Of a stretch of 64,000 nt of DNA, positions 9,697-21,870 are shown piece after piece. The stretch lies in NCBI GenBank assembly GCA_004431415.1, contig QPMI01000194.1, positions 1 through 64,000 of the forward strand. The letters are read 5' to 3'. Every line of letters begins with the position of its first letter. Position 1 is the first letter of the stretch. Made by a program: the position numbers and the translations under genes. The notes beneath the pieces were generated by a model. It saw nothing but the letters and a program-made list of their open reading frames with translations. It was not told the origin of the DNA and searched no databases. This stretch comes from Cyanophora paradoxa CCMP329. Lineage: Eukaryota > Plantae > Glaucophyta.

Positions 9697-11668
9697 CTAC
9701 TTGGAGATGTAATCGCAAGCAAGCTTGACAATGCGAGTCATGTTAGTGTCTGGCCCGTACACCTAGAATCTCAAAGTTAGGCACAAAATCTTCGTAATCG
9801 AAGTGCATCATGTCGCACCTCAATAGTGACACCGAGTTCACCCTCCAGTTCCTTCATCATGCGAAGACCAGCCTGGTAATTCGGGCCTCCACGGCGGACG
9901 TAGATTCGAATGTTCGCCTCCCGCAGCTGGGTTGCATATTCCTTCATTGCCTGAGAACCAAGCTTGTAAGCTTGTGTGCTCAGAAAGAATATTGAAAAAA
10001 AAACAGACCGAGATAATGCCAGTGAACGTTGCCGCAACGTCTGTGCGTCGTGCTTAGTATGCACAACGAGACCAAGCAGAGCTCTAACGAGTGATTGCAC
10101 CAGTAAAGTTGGCGACACCACCGCCTGTACCACGGAAAGGTTATTGATATGATGAGCCGAAGATGAAATGCAGCAAGCGAACCAACAAGGAGAGCTCGCT
10201 TCCGCCCGTCCGGATTCCTTGTGGCGAGCTCAAGAAGTGTCTTGGCGAACACATACGTCTCCTTCTCATTGGGGTTGCCCGAATACTCGGCATAGTTCCC
10301 GAGCTCATGCCCAAAGTTGAGATCGACGACAGTGTCTGTGTAGATAACACTTGCGCCGCCTCCGGCGACCTGTCAGTTGCATTAGAACAAGGATCAGCAG
10401 ATGAACAAAGGCGATTGCACCATCGTCCATATCCTTGCATTGGGGTTGAGAACTGTTAGCTTCAGAGAAGCGCCACTCTTCTCGTCCATGAGCTGAATAC
10501 GCTTTTCCTGGGTGTGAAAACAAATAAATACGTGCTGAACATGAGGCGTAAATAAAAGAGCACCTCAGGTAGGAACTTGCGGCCCCAAGGCTGCGGGAAT
10601 TGGACATCCATCCACTTCTTGACGTTTTTAAAGAGGGCAGTCGAGTCTATGACGAAAAAAATAGATTAGAAAAACAGCTAAAACACAGCTTGCGCACGAG
10701 ACACGGACCAAGCTCGGCACGCATATCCAGCGGCGTCGGAATCTCTTCTTTGTCGAACGTGAAAGGATTCATTTCAAGAAGCGTAAAGTCGAGATCTTCG
10801 AAAACCTTGTACACCGCCTGAATGAATGACAGGATCTTCTTTTGACGAGTGTCGCTGATTTCGGGACAGTCCACGAGAGCCTGCTGTCCAATTAACGGAC
10901 CGATCGGCCCGATGCGCACAAAAAGAAAAGATCTGTACCGCAAGCTTTGCCATCGTTGCGGCATCATCAATGCTTTCACCGACAGCGATGTTGAGAGTAC
11001 GCATTTTGTCCCAGTGCTCCTCGACTTCAATACCGCCAGCCGGGGAGAAACGGATGGTATTGTCCGTGCGAGTGGACATGATGGAAAAGTAATACTCGCC
11101 TGCGGGAGCTTGGGGCATGAGCGCGGCCAGAAAAGCGAAAGGACCCGGGTGCGCACCCTCATGGGGGACGAAGGGCTCTACAATAAAGTTTGTGAGCACC
11201 CCGCGCACGCCGTTGTGGTCGATCTCTTTGCCGAGGCGGTCGGCGAGGAAGGCCTGTGCCGCCGGCCAGTCCGCGTTCAAGAGTACAAGGTTGTTCTTCC
11301 CGCGCTGGTGCGGGGAACAGTAAGATCGCATGGTGCACGCAGACAGGCTCGAAGGCACACCTGCCCGAACAGCATGTCTGGCTTGACGACCAACTTCTCT
11401 GTCAGGAGCCACGGGTTGTCAACAACGAGCTTCTTCTGATCGCTCTCCTGGGTGATTTCGACGCATCGCAGCTTCAACAACGTACTGCCGCGGGAAAGGG
11501 TTCGCCTCGATCGGAAAGAAATCGGATACGCTACTTACAGGGTGGAAAAGCGCGACAGGTGAGTCTTCAGCAGCAGTTTGGCCGAGTACTCTGTTTACAA
11601 AGTGTGCATCAGCGCTAGGGCCTCGCCGAGCGTGCGAGCGCCGCACCCCGGATCTTCTTGCGCGCCAT
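9697..11668 (-). CDS. ACLA: ATP-citrate lyase subunit A (ATP-grasp)
   Basis: MARKKIR.., [51 protein letters not shown]. Confidence 0.95.
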
Positions 11669-12149
11669 GCGAACGGGTGCGAGGTGCTGTGCGCGCGGCC
11701 GGCATCAGCGCGCGGAGGGACGGGCACGCGCCTTGCCGGCAGCGTGGTCGGCGCGGGAGGCTCACGGGTTGACGCACTCAGCTAGGGGGTGCCCTTTCCA
11801 CGCGACGGGTACGTGCTAAATAGCACTTTTTTTGACGGGCGCAACCTCGCGCAAGGTCAATTTCTCCAACTGCGACGACGTCGACGCTGCGGCTTGATAT
11901 ATTAACATGGCAGTTCATTGACCGCGCCGCGATCAAATTCTATCCGATGATCGGATCGGATCGGGTCATCGGATGAATCTGCGTTACTTTTCGGCTCAAA
12001 CATATCGTCGCACGTGCAAGAGCCCCACTGCCGTTGCGGCCCTGGCGGCCGGGCCGCGGCCCCGCCGGCCCTGGCGGTCCACGGCCCAGGGGTAGAGAGG
12101 AGAAGTAGGTCATCGTCGGCATGCGCCTTTAGCTACGTGCGCGGTGGCG

Positions 12150-13763
12150 ATGGTTCTCCCGGTAGTGTTTAATGAGCATCACGGCGTGCATGCAGCCCCC
12201 GTGGAATTCCTTAGCGGCGAGCTCGTTCCGTCGTTCGAAAAGCCAGAGCGTGCCGATCTGGTGATGCAGGCGCTGCGATCGACGAACATGCTTCGTGTCG
12301 AGGTAGTCGGCCCGCGAGAGTTTGACGACTCGCATATCGAGGCGGTGCACGACCGCGACTACCTGGACTACCTGCGCAACGTGTTCGCCGCCGGTCCGAA
12401 CGCGCTGCGTACGCGTGCGACGCCTCGCGCCGAGACCGACGCGCAGTCAAGGCCAAGCGCAATGTCCCGCACGGAGGTGCTCTTTCAGTTTGAAGGGTTT
12501 CCGGAACTCTAGCCTCACGGAGCGTACGCAGTATTCCCCGACACGTACGCCGCGGCCTCGAGCTTGCCCTCGAGCTCCTCCCACCATTCCGAGACGCTTC
12601 GATCGTCAGGATGAATACGCGTGCATTCGAGCACACGAAGTACCGCCGGCCGAGCTCGACCGCCATGTGCTGTGGTTACTACTGCTACGACATGTTCGCT
12701 GCCCCACAATTACCACGCTGCGTGTACCTGAACGACGTGGTTGAACGTTTCTCTGCAGGTCGACACCAGTGCTTGAGCGGACATATGAGGCGTCCCGTCT
12801 GGCGGCAAACTGTGCACTCACCGGGGCCAAGATGCTGCTCGAGGGAGAGACACAGCTTGTCTATGCGCTGTGCCGCCCCCCAGGCCACCACGCTGGCCGG
12901 GCGTTCTATGGCGGCTACTGCTACATCAATAATGCTGCAGTGGCAGCTGCACTTTTGAGAGGCAGGGGCGGGCCTAATGGAACCATGGCCCGGATTGCCA
13001 TCCTCGATATTGACTTCCAGTGCGGGCCTCGTCCGGCAGGCCTCAGGCTCACTGCTGAGTTTGTGATTCTTGGGGCCTTGGGGCGCAGTCATGGTAATGG
13101 CACACAGGAAATCTTCTACGACGACTCCTCTGTGCTTTACACATCGCTCCACGCTGACCCCGATACTGACGTGAGTCTGCTGTGATTTCATTGTGCACAT
13201 GGTATGCTCCTTATCCGAGCTCATTATTTGTCCCCGGCCAGTACCCATACTACAGGTGCCTCGATGCCCCGTCCCGAATTCTCCCCCCCCCCTCCCCCCT
13301 CCCCTCCCCACCCCCCTCTCTCCTCCCCCACTTCCTCAAAGCTCACCCAGTGCTGCAGTGGATATGTTGAGGAAAAAGGCATGGGCAGTGTATGTCCCGC
13401 TCTTTTGCGACCTTCCTTTCTTGCTCAACAAAGTCTTAATGCAGAGCACAGGGGGCAGGGGCAAACATCAATGTGCCCCTCCCACCAGGGACTGGTATGG
13501 CGGAGTACGTGGCTGCTCTACGACCTGTGCTCTCTGCCATCTCCACCTTCAATCCTGCCTATCTCATCATCTCTGCGGGGTTTGACACCCTCATGGGAGA
13601 TCCCATCGGGAGCTTCACAATGCGTGCTGAAGAGTATGGCCAAATTGGCCTGGCGGTGCGGGAAGCCCTGAAGATTCCCACCCTCGTTGTTCACGAGGGT
13701 GGCTACAATCTTGCTGACATGCCCACTGCGGTTGTGCACCTGCTTGCTGCCCTCCATGGTTGA
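12150..13763 (+). CDS. Acetylpolyamine amidohydrolase / HDAC-family deacetylase (bacterial AphA-like)
   Basis: MVLPVVFNEHH..EFLSGELVPSFEKPERA, AVHDRDYLDYL, ALCRPPGHHA, GGYCYINNAAVAA, ILDIDFHHGNGTQEIFY (across an intron), SAGFD..GDPIG, HEGGY. Confidence 0.9.
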
Positions 13764-13952
13764 GCCATCTTTCCAAATAAATAAAACGCTTTTGAACTCC
13801 AAACCTCGTTAGGCTCAGCGGAAGTAGCGTAAAGTAGACATGTGCTACACCCTAGCGGCTAGCGCCAGCTAGCTGTAGCTAGCTAACTTTGTCCCCCAGG
13901 CTACGTTCACGTATACGTATGCATATGCATCATTCTGCGTGCATATGATCGT

Positions 13953-14055
13953 TTGTGCCTTGGGCCTGCACGCGGGTCCTTCGCCTTTCGTCAAAACCGT
14001 ACAACCGGCTTGGGCGTGTCTTATATATACTTTTCGAATTCTTCTTCCTCACACA
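13953..14055. repeat. Degenerate dispersed repeat, family C (related to 23657-23755 and about 40405-40450)
   Basis: CGGGTCCTT(C/T)GCCTTT..TCAAAACCGT..GGCTTGGGCGT(G/T)TCTTATA(T/C)ATACT shared. Confidence 0.75.
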
Positions 14056-14410
14056 TCCAATTCGGGGCCTCTCAGAGTCTGCGGCTTTGTCATACCCAGG
14101 CGACGTCTTGCTGGCTTGGATGTGTCTACTGCATTCTCTCTCTCTTTCGAAAAGTTCTTCCGAGTTCTTCTTCACTGTGCCATGGTGCCCAGTGGCCCAG
14201 TGGCACGGGCAAGTTTGAAGTTTTCAAGTTTCAAGCTGGTCGCCCGAGCCTCGGAGCTCTCTAGCTTTACCTAGGGTCCCGAGTTCGAGCCTCGAGGGGA
14301 GTAACTAGCCCAGTAGTAATGCGTTTCCTTGCATCGCCTGCTGCTGCAACTGCAGCCCTCAGGCCTCAGCCCAGCTGCAGGCATGAGAGGGGGCCGCAGA
14401 AGTTGATTAG

Positions 14411-16438
14411 CTAGAGCAGGTCAAAGAAGTAATCAAGAGCCGAGCCTAGCTCCCAGAGTGCTACACCACATCCGAGTTCTCCAGCCATCCTTAGCCGTGC
14501 CTGCAATGCTGCCAGACTCGGGTAGTAAACTGCCTGGATGTCATGGGCTGAGTTTGGCAGGTGAGGAGGGCTAAGCTGGCACCACGGCGACTCTGGTAGC
14601 CGGAACGCGTGTATGTGAAGGAGTGCTCCGCGGCATCAGGGCCCCAGGCAAGCGCTTTAGGTCGGTGCTTCTCCAGGAGCCTGACGAATTGTGCACCACT
14701 CACTGCCCATGCAGATGCCGCCGTTCCTGCTGGTGTTCTTTGGGGGACACAACACAGTTAGCTGGAAAACGAAAGTTACCGCGTGGAATGGGAAAGTCGA
14801 AGCCATGAAGGGCAAGCTGCAGCATGAGTGGGTGTTGTGTGGTCTGTGTGTGCACCCCAGGCTCCCCTGCCAAAGGCCCTTTTCAAATGGAGCGGCAATT
14901 CTTGGAGGGCGTATGGGCTGTGCAGACCGACGAGAGAAGAGAGAGCAGTGCGGGCCCATGAAAGAGGCGCAGTAGGGCCAGGAATTGCGGGGCTTGAGGC
15001 GTTGACAGCAGTAAGGACGAACGCTGGCATGCAGGGGCTGTGTCCTCACAGAGAAAACGAAATCACAAGATGGCGTCTTACCATCTGCGATGCCCCGGAG
15101 GATCTTCCAGTCTGCGGGGCCGAACACCTGCTGTGATTTCAGTTGCAGAGTTGAGCAAGTCACAAGGACAATGCAAGTGAGGGATGCAAAACGCCAGCTT
15201 ACGGAGGAGTCGGTGGGCACTTCGAGTACAAGTTCAGCCTTCTCCTTGTGGAGTGCGTCGGCCAGGCGAATCGCAAGCCGCTGCAGCGATGTGCGCAGTG
15301 CAGCAGTGGGCACGTGGCTGATGTTGCCGTACACTGAGGCAATAGTTGAATGCACAGTTGAGCAAGCCCAGAAAATGCGCTCAGAAAGCGGACAGACGAG
15401 CGAAGGTGAAGCCATCCAGGCCGTGCTGACGGATAGCAGATGTCAGGGTCTCCAGAAGGCGTTCCACTGCCAGGTAGTCGCTTGACAGCTGCTCAATTTT
15501 TACGGCCCGGCTTCTCGAATTGGGTTCACGTTCACGTTCGCACCCGCAGGACAAAGCTCTCATCACAGTCCGTAAATGCTAACCTTGGTACGACCTGTCA
15601 CATGGTTGAAAATCCATTCTTCGATGAGAGCCCAGCGATAAGTACCTTAGGGCCACCGCCAGACTTGCCTCGCAGATTCTTTAATAGTTTCTTGTCCACT
15701 ATATCACCTCCAATAAGCTCCACGCTCAGCATTGACAATGGCTCACGGGGCCGGAGCTGAGAGAGACAGCAGGGGGTTGGGTCCCCACATCAAGCGATCA
15801 GAGTCATGCGCACCTGAAACCACACAGGTGCTATGTGCGTAAACTTGGAGCGGAAGATCCGTGCACGCGTGTACGCTACTGAGCTCCACTGCGCGTCAAG
15901 TGTATTAAAACTTGCGACAAGGAGCCCTGCAGCAGAAACGCACCGGGGCCACATATGCAAGCACGAAACCGACAAGCTGACGACGTGAAACGTTTTCGTG
16001 GTACGATTTGTGATTCTTTAGGATATCCGACGCGGCCACCTGCTCGCTGACCAAGCCCCTTTGAAAAACCTATGAAAAAAATTAAGAAGAACATTATATT
16101 TATCGTGTCTCGAAAAATAACGTGATACGTTTGCGCAGAAACGCACGTTCTCCTTCAAGGACGAAAGTTCGGCAGCTGCCGGCTTGGCTGCAGTTGCAGC
16201 AGCCTGCGCAGGGTTCTTGGGAGGCGGCGCATCTGCATCCTTCTCGAATGCAGCTTCGCTACTTGAGACGACAGACTCCGCATCAATTTCGCCAGCACTC
16301 GCAGCACTGTCTGGTGTCGCGCAGGCGACGGCTGCGCACGTCACAAGGACCGCTGGGCAGAGGCTCAGGTCCAGCAAGCACCGGCGATGTGCGGGGGCCA
16401 GTACCGATCGCAAGAGCCCTGAAAACACCCCTACACAT
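14411..16438 (-). CDS. CHID1: Chitinase domain-containing protein 1 (GH18-like)
   Basis: Signal peptide, [33 protein letters not shown]-terminal [14 protein letters not shown]. Confidence 0.85.
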
Positions 16439-16609
16439 GCTCCAGCGCTAGCTGCGCCTGCTTGCGTAATGGTCCTCGCCTGCCTGTGCAGTGAGCGCAC
16501 GCGAACTCCCACCTCGAAGCGCACACGCACGCCCACCTCGACGTCGTTCGAGGGAATCGAGGCGACGACGTGGGTATCGTATTATTTCGGACTGCCGTAG
16601 AATGTGATT

Positions 16610-16657
16610 TTCGAATTCCATGTCGACTCGAGCGCTCGAGCCGACATGGAATGCGAA
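16610..16657. repeat. 48-bp near-perfect palindrome
   Basis: TTCGAATTCCATGTCGACTCGAGC|GCTCGAGCCGACATGGAATGCGAA: 24-bp arms, 2 mismatches, no loop. Confidence 0.9.
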
Positions 16658-16980
16658 CTCTCGAAATATATCGATACGTATACATAGCTGGCCGCCCGAG
16701 CCCTCTAGTTAGGGCCCTGAGCTCGACTGAATTCGAACAACCGTTGAACGGGGGACACATATGATGCATCGGGTTCTGCCCCATGGCCATGCATATGGCC
16801 AGCCCGGTAATAAGTATACGTACGCGTATATATACATACGTACTAGTTCGAATTCTAAGCACGTGGACGTCTAGGCTACGTATATATATATACAGATATA
16901 TAGATCAAAATCTCAGCATCTAGATCTAGCGTTCGGACCACAGATTGGCCAATTGCAATGCATATGGCCCAAAAGCGCGG

Positions 16981-17068
16981 TCGATTCGAAATGATACTCA
17001 AGCTTTCTTTCCATCATCTTGTTCCTGATGCACATACCCCCTTGTCCACACCCACCCCTCACAAGCCC
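16981..17068. repeat. Dispersed repeat family B, copy 1 (copy 2 at 49293-49383)
   Basis: TCGATTCGAAATGATACTCA..TTTCCATCA.CTTGTTCCTGATG..GTCCACACCCACCCCTCA in both. Confidence 0.9.
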
Positions 17069-17138
17069 AATAAACTCCTGAAGCAAATTCTAGCTAAATA
17101 TAGCTAGCGCTAGAGCTCGAGGGTTGGCCATGGGTGTC

Positions 17139-17221
17139 GAAGCTAAGGTTGGGCGTCTCTGATTGCGATTACGATTAGGGTTCGGACGACGAAGCTTAAG
17201 GTTGGACGTCTTTGACGCGAT
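17139..17221 (-). repeat. ~50-bp minisatellite, third cluster (inverted)
   Basis: Reverse complement reads CAAAGACGTCCAACCTTAAGCTTCG..CCCTAATCGTAATCGCAATCAGAGACGCCCAACCTTAGCTTCG. Confidence 0.85.
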
Positions 17222-17625
17222 CTCAATTGCAAGAGGCCAACAGGAGATGAGACAGGCTAGACAAAGATGGCCTCTGTGTGCTGCTGTCATGCACGTACCT
17301 GTCACCCCTCCTTCTTCTAGTGAGCTTTATTTACGACGAGCCCCTCCGGAGGCCGGTACAGATGCATATGCCGAGCCAGGCGGAGCTGATGGGAGCGCGC
17401 CCATGGCCAGCGACGAAGCTTCAAGGTCTTGGAATGCACGCCGGGGCGCAGAGCCTCCTAGCTATCAAGCTATATGCCTGGCTCAGTGCCGGCCCTCTGC
17501 CTCTCGAGTTCTGCACCCATCAATGCTTAGCGAGAGGCCCGGCCGTCATGCAAGGTTGCAGTCAAGAAAAAGAGAGTGTTATGTGGAATGATGATGTACA
17601 GAAAGCAAAGAATCTACAGGATAAA

Positions 17626-18030
17626 TCACTTGACTTTGTTGGCGGGGCCCGCGAACAGCCCGTTGGCGCGCTGCTCATCCCACTTCTGAATCTGCGGCCG
17701 CATCGCTCAGAACCCCGGCATTTGTTCGATTACATGACAAAAGCGCCTCACCCACTCCTCCGGGCACATGCTGGTGTACGTGCGGCGGAACTGCTCGCAC
17801 AACGGCGTCCCTTCGCCGCGAGCGGCGCGGCAGAGGTGGAATTCGTTGTACGAAGTCCAGCAGTGCTTCGTCTGGTTCTGATTCGGGAAGCGGGGGTCCG
17901 GCTCGTAGGTCTTTATGAAGTCCTTGGCATTAATCGTCACGCCATCGATCTGCGACTCGCCGGTCACCGCCGCCTGAGAACAGCTACACGGCGCCCGGAT
18001 TGCCGGCGGACGCACGTTTACGGTGGCCAT
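17626..18030 (-). CDS. COX6B: Cytochrome c oxidase subunit 6B
   Basis: DPRFPNQNQTKHCWTSYNEFHLC..CEQFRRTYTSMCPEEW|IQKWDEQRANGLF. Confidence 0.95.
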
Positions 18031-18183
18031 GCTTCTGAACGAGGGACGATGACGTCGCTGGGCGAGAAATGGAAGTGGGGGGGGGGGGGGGGGGGGGGGG
18101 GACGAGCATACCAGTATCCCCCCTGAGTTTGAAGTTTGCCCGCGAGCAGGCGAGGTGCAGCGGGGCGCACGAGCGAGCAAGAC

Positions 18184-19560
18184 ATGGCTACTGGGGCGGG
18201 TCTAAACGAGCGAGATGAGCGAAGCTCGGTTGTCTTGCAGCTGGCGGCTGAGAACGAGCGCGCTCAGAGCGAGCTGCAGGCGGCTAGGCGGCAGCTCGGC
18301 GTCTTGCAGAATCAAGTTAGGGAGATGAGTTGCGCCATCCGAGTTCTCTCGCAGGACGCAGGCAGCCAAAGCAGCGCAAAGCAGGTCGGCATGCCGGCGC
18401 ATCGGGCATGCTGCTCCCGGCAGCCTTGCGCAGCACGATCGATCCGATCCGGCTTTGTTCGCGCAGATCATTGCCCGGCAAGCGAGGGAGCGGTGCGAAC
18501 TCGAGAACACCGTCGAGGCCATGCGCTTGAGAGCTGAAGTTGCAGAGCGGGACGCGGCAAGGTCAGCTTTTGATTCAGTAAAATTGCTGAACTGTATGTG
18601 ACCGCCTGCAATAGTTTGCGCGCCGAGCTCGAAGAGATGAAGGTGCAGCTCATTCAGGAAATGCGTCTTTTTATTTGTCTGAAACAACTTAAAAAAGGGT
18701 CACATGCGATCCAATGGGGCATCGCGCATGCGTCTGGAGGAAAGCGTAGTACGTCAGGGAGTGGAGCTCAAGATGGCACATGACCGCGCAGAGAGTTCGC
18801 TGCCCTTGCTGCCCTGGAAGTTTTTTCGATCTTACCTACAGTCCTCCCAGAGCTGCAGCGTGAGTTGGACCAGTCCGCGTCGGCGTGGAAGGAGCTTTCC
18901 CAGAAGCTAGCGAGCTCCGAAGCAGAAGTTTCGGCACTTCGAGCTGAACTACATGACCGGACATCAGAGCTTTCAGTTCTTCGCGAGCAGCTTGCACAAA
19001 TTGAAGCAGCAGAGCAGACAAGGCTTACTTCAGGTTCTTCGAGCCTATCGCGTTCTTGTTGGTGTCACTGATCATATCGGCAGCAAAGCATGCTGATCGT
19101 GAAGCAATGGACCGAGCCATCCAGGCTGAGCGGGAAGGTTGGTTGCTTGATGCAGATCGTGATAAACTGACTGTGTCTAATGAGCTTCTACGGCGACCTA
19201 GTTTGTGATGCAGCTTTGGCGAGGCAGAGAGATGCATTTGACAGTGCACTGGGGCGTGAAAAAGAGACAAGCATGAGATTAGAGCAAGAAGTGAGGGCCC
19301 TGCAATGTATGGTATCAGACCTGGAGCCACTGAGGTGCCACTCTTCCTTTGGTGTGCCCTTCGTCTTATTCATCCGCTGTCTTTGCAGGAAGATGGTTGC
19401 GGAGTACAGGCAAAAGCTACTTCCTAGCAAAGAGTCTATCATCACTGCTCTCGACGAACAGTGCGCCCCCTGGCATGTGTTTCCGAGTAGTTTGATTGTT
19501 TGATTTCCGCGAAGGTGCAAGCAGTACGAGAGCACTATCCGCTCTCAGGAGAGAGCGATT
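18184..19560 (+). CDS. Uncharacterised coiled-coil protein (multi-exon, 3' end uncertain)
   Basis: Heptad-rich exons (LAAENERAQSELQAARRQL; ELSQKLASSEAEVSALRAEL; LEQEVRALQ) separated by short GT-AG introns. Confidence 0.65.
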
Positions 19561-19683
19561 GCGGAACTCTGCATGCAGCTGCAGGTACTTGGCATTATTT
19601 TCGGTTCGCTTTCGATGCCAACCGAATTATTGCGACAGAAGTCAAGGCAGAAGAAGGCGGGGGCGGCATGCAAGGCCTAGCCT

Positions 19684-19856
19684 GTCACCACACACTGCTC
19701 CGGTGTTGCCCAATGAGATTGAATTTGAGGAGACAGAACACTGTGGTTGCTGCCCTGCGCCAGGGCCTGGGTTATTCCGTTCCGGTGGTGTGAGACCACG
19801 CCTCGCCACCACCCTAGGGCCAGGGTCGAACTCTTGATGTCCGGTGGGGAGATGCT
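19684..19856. repeat. Dispersed repeat family A, copy 1 (~170 bp; copy 2 at 52010-52177)
   Basis: Near-identical GGTGTTGCCCAA.GAGATTGAATTTGAGGAGACAGAACACTGTGG...CTCTTGATGTCCGGTGGGG.GATGCT. Confidence 0.95.
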
Positions 19857-20423
19857 GGACTGGGCCCAATCTCAGTCGGCCTGGGTCGGAATTTAGTCGG
19901 GCTTAGCAATTGGAAACGAACTAAATCGTAAGTCCAGGCTTCAAGTGTGGGATATAAACTGCGGCTGCCGTTGCCACAGGCGCATGGCCAGTCCACCAGC
20001 AATTGCGATTGCAAGTTGGCAAGCAATTGCGCATGCGTTGCCCTCTACAAGGCTAAATCTGAGGGGAGTAATTATAATGCGCACCGAGGATCGAGGCTCC
20101 CCGCGGACACTAGTACTGGCTATAGCACTGTCATGATCACAGGCCCCATGCATATATATGGCCAGGCCAATATTATGGGTACTGTGGTACCGGTAGTACA
20201 TGTGTGACATCCGGATCCCGTCGTCTAGGCGGTGGCGGGAGCCCCTGTGAGCTCGAGAGCTCTGCAGCTGGGGCATAGAGCCAGCCTGCGCATGCGGTGA
20301 GGCGACCAGGGCTTAGGGGTGAGGTGGTGAGGAATAACTCAGGTGAGGCGGCCAGGGGTACGGGTGCGGACAAGCCGACCATCGGGCGCTCGCTTCATCG
20401 GCGCAGCACGCTCTCCGTCCAAG

Positions 20424-21870
20424 ATGGTCCTGGTGAGCGCGCGCGCTTTTCGAAGCGCTGCAGTGGCGCTGACAGGGTCGCAGGAAGCGACATGCATTCT
20501 TGTCGACAACAGGTACCAGGCTGCTGCCAGCGCTCGCTAATGTCGTGCAATGAATGTGCTTCGCAGCGAGTTCATGCGCAATGGGGACTACCCTCCGACG
20601 CGCTTCGAAGCCCAGCATGATGCTGTCAACCTCGTCTGCGGCGCAAAGACTCAGCAGAATCCAGAGAACACCGTCGGCATTCTCACGTACGCGGGCAAGA
20701 GGTGCGTCCTTGCCCACGCATCGGCGCTCCGCCGGGCTCTGACTACGAGCGAAGGCCCGAACTCCTTGTGACCCCAACTTCCGACCTTGGAAAGATCCTG
20801 CAAAGCTTGCACCACGTCAAGCTTGGAGGAAGTGCTGACCTGGCAAATGCCCTCCAAGTCGCACAGGTGCGCCGTGGTTCTTGTTTTCTGTAGCCCAACC
20901 CGGGCAACTGAGCTTGTTGACGCAGCTTGCCTTGAAGCATCGCCAGAACAAGAATCAGCGCCAGCGCATTGTTGCATTCGTCGGCAGCCCTGTTTCTGCA
21001 GAGACGTCGGTTCTGGTGCAAATCGGCAAGAAGCTGAAGAAGAACAATGTGGCCGTAGACATCGTCAATTTCGGCGAGGAGGCGGAGAACACCGAAAAGC
21101 TGGAGGCATTCCTGAACGCCGTGATCAGCAACGACAACAGGTTCTCCTGCTGCATTATCTTTGTGCCAAGAAATCTAAACCGTGTTCGGCAGCCACCTCA
21201 TCACCATCCCGCCTGGACCCCACATCCTCTCGGACATCCTGCTCACGTCTCCGCTCATCTGTGGCGATGGAGAGGGTAATGTGTCGGCGTTTGCAGCATC
21301 TGCCGCAGCGTCGGGTACCATTTGTTTGGCTGCTTGATGTACTGGCTGTTGTTGAATCTTTTTGTGCACGCAGCTGGTGCTGCGACCGCTGCTGGTGGGT
21401 TCGACTTTGGAGTTGATCCCTCTGTTGATCCTGAATTGGCAATGGTATTTTCTGTGAATAGTCGTGCTCATGCAACAAAGGGGCTTTCCCTTACATGCCT
21501 GTAGGCTTTGCGTATCAGCATGGAAGAGGAACGGCAACGTCAGGAGGCAGAGGCAAAGAAGCGGGCCGAGACAGAAGGGAGGCCCACAGACGTACGTACT
21601 CCTGTTTGCTTCAAGACACGAAGTCTCATTGCCCCATCACAGGCTGCAGTGCCGGCACCAGAAGCGGTTCAATCAACCGGCATGGACATTGCTGATGATG
21701 ATGACGCTCTCCTGGCACGTGCTATTGCGATGGTATGCTTGGTTTGAGCTGCCCTCGTCCCATTTGGATGACCCACGTTCTCGGAACAGTCCATGGTTGA
21801 ATCGAACAATACCTCGGCCGAGCCACAAAATGACAAGGACAAGGGTGACAACATGGATGCAAGTGGCTGA
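20424..21870 (+). CDS. RPN10: 26S proteasome ubiquitin receptor Rpn10/PSMD4
   Basis: MVL|EATCILVDN|[52 protein letters not shown]|ALRISMEEE (UIM). Confidence 0.97.

Noticed and set aside
16981-17030. C/D snoRNA in repeat family B
   Set aside because: Poor box C, short C-D spacing and no rRNA complementarity recognised.
19790-19856. tRNA gene
   Set aside because: B-box-like motif in one copy only; no cloverleaf could be built.
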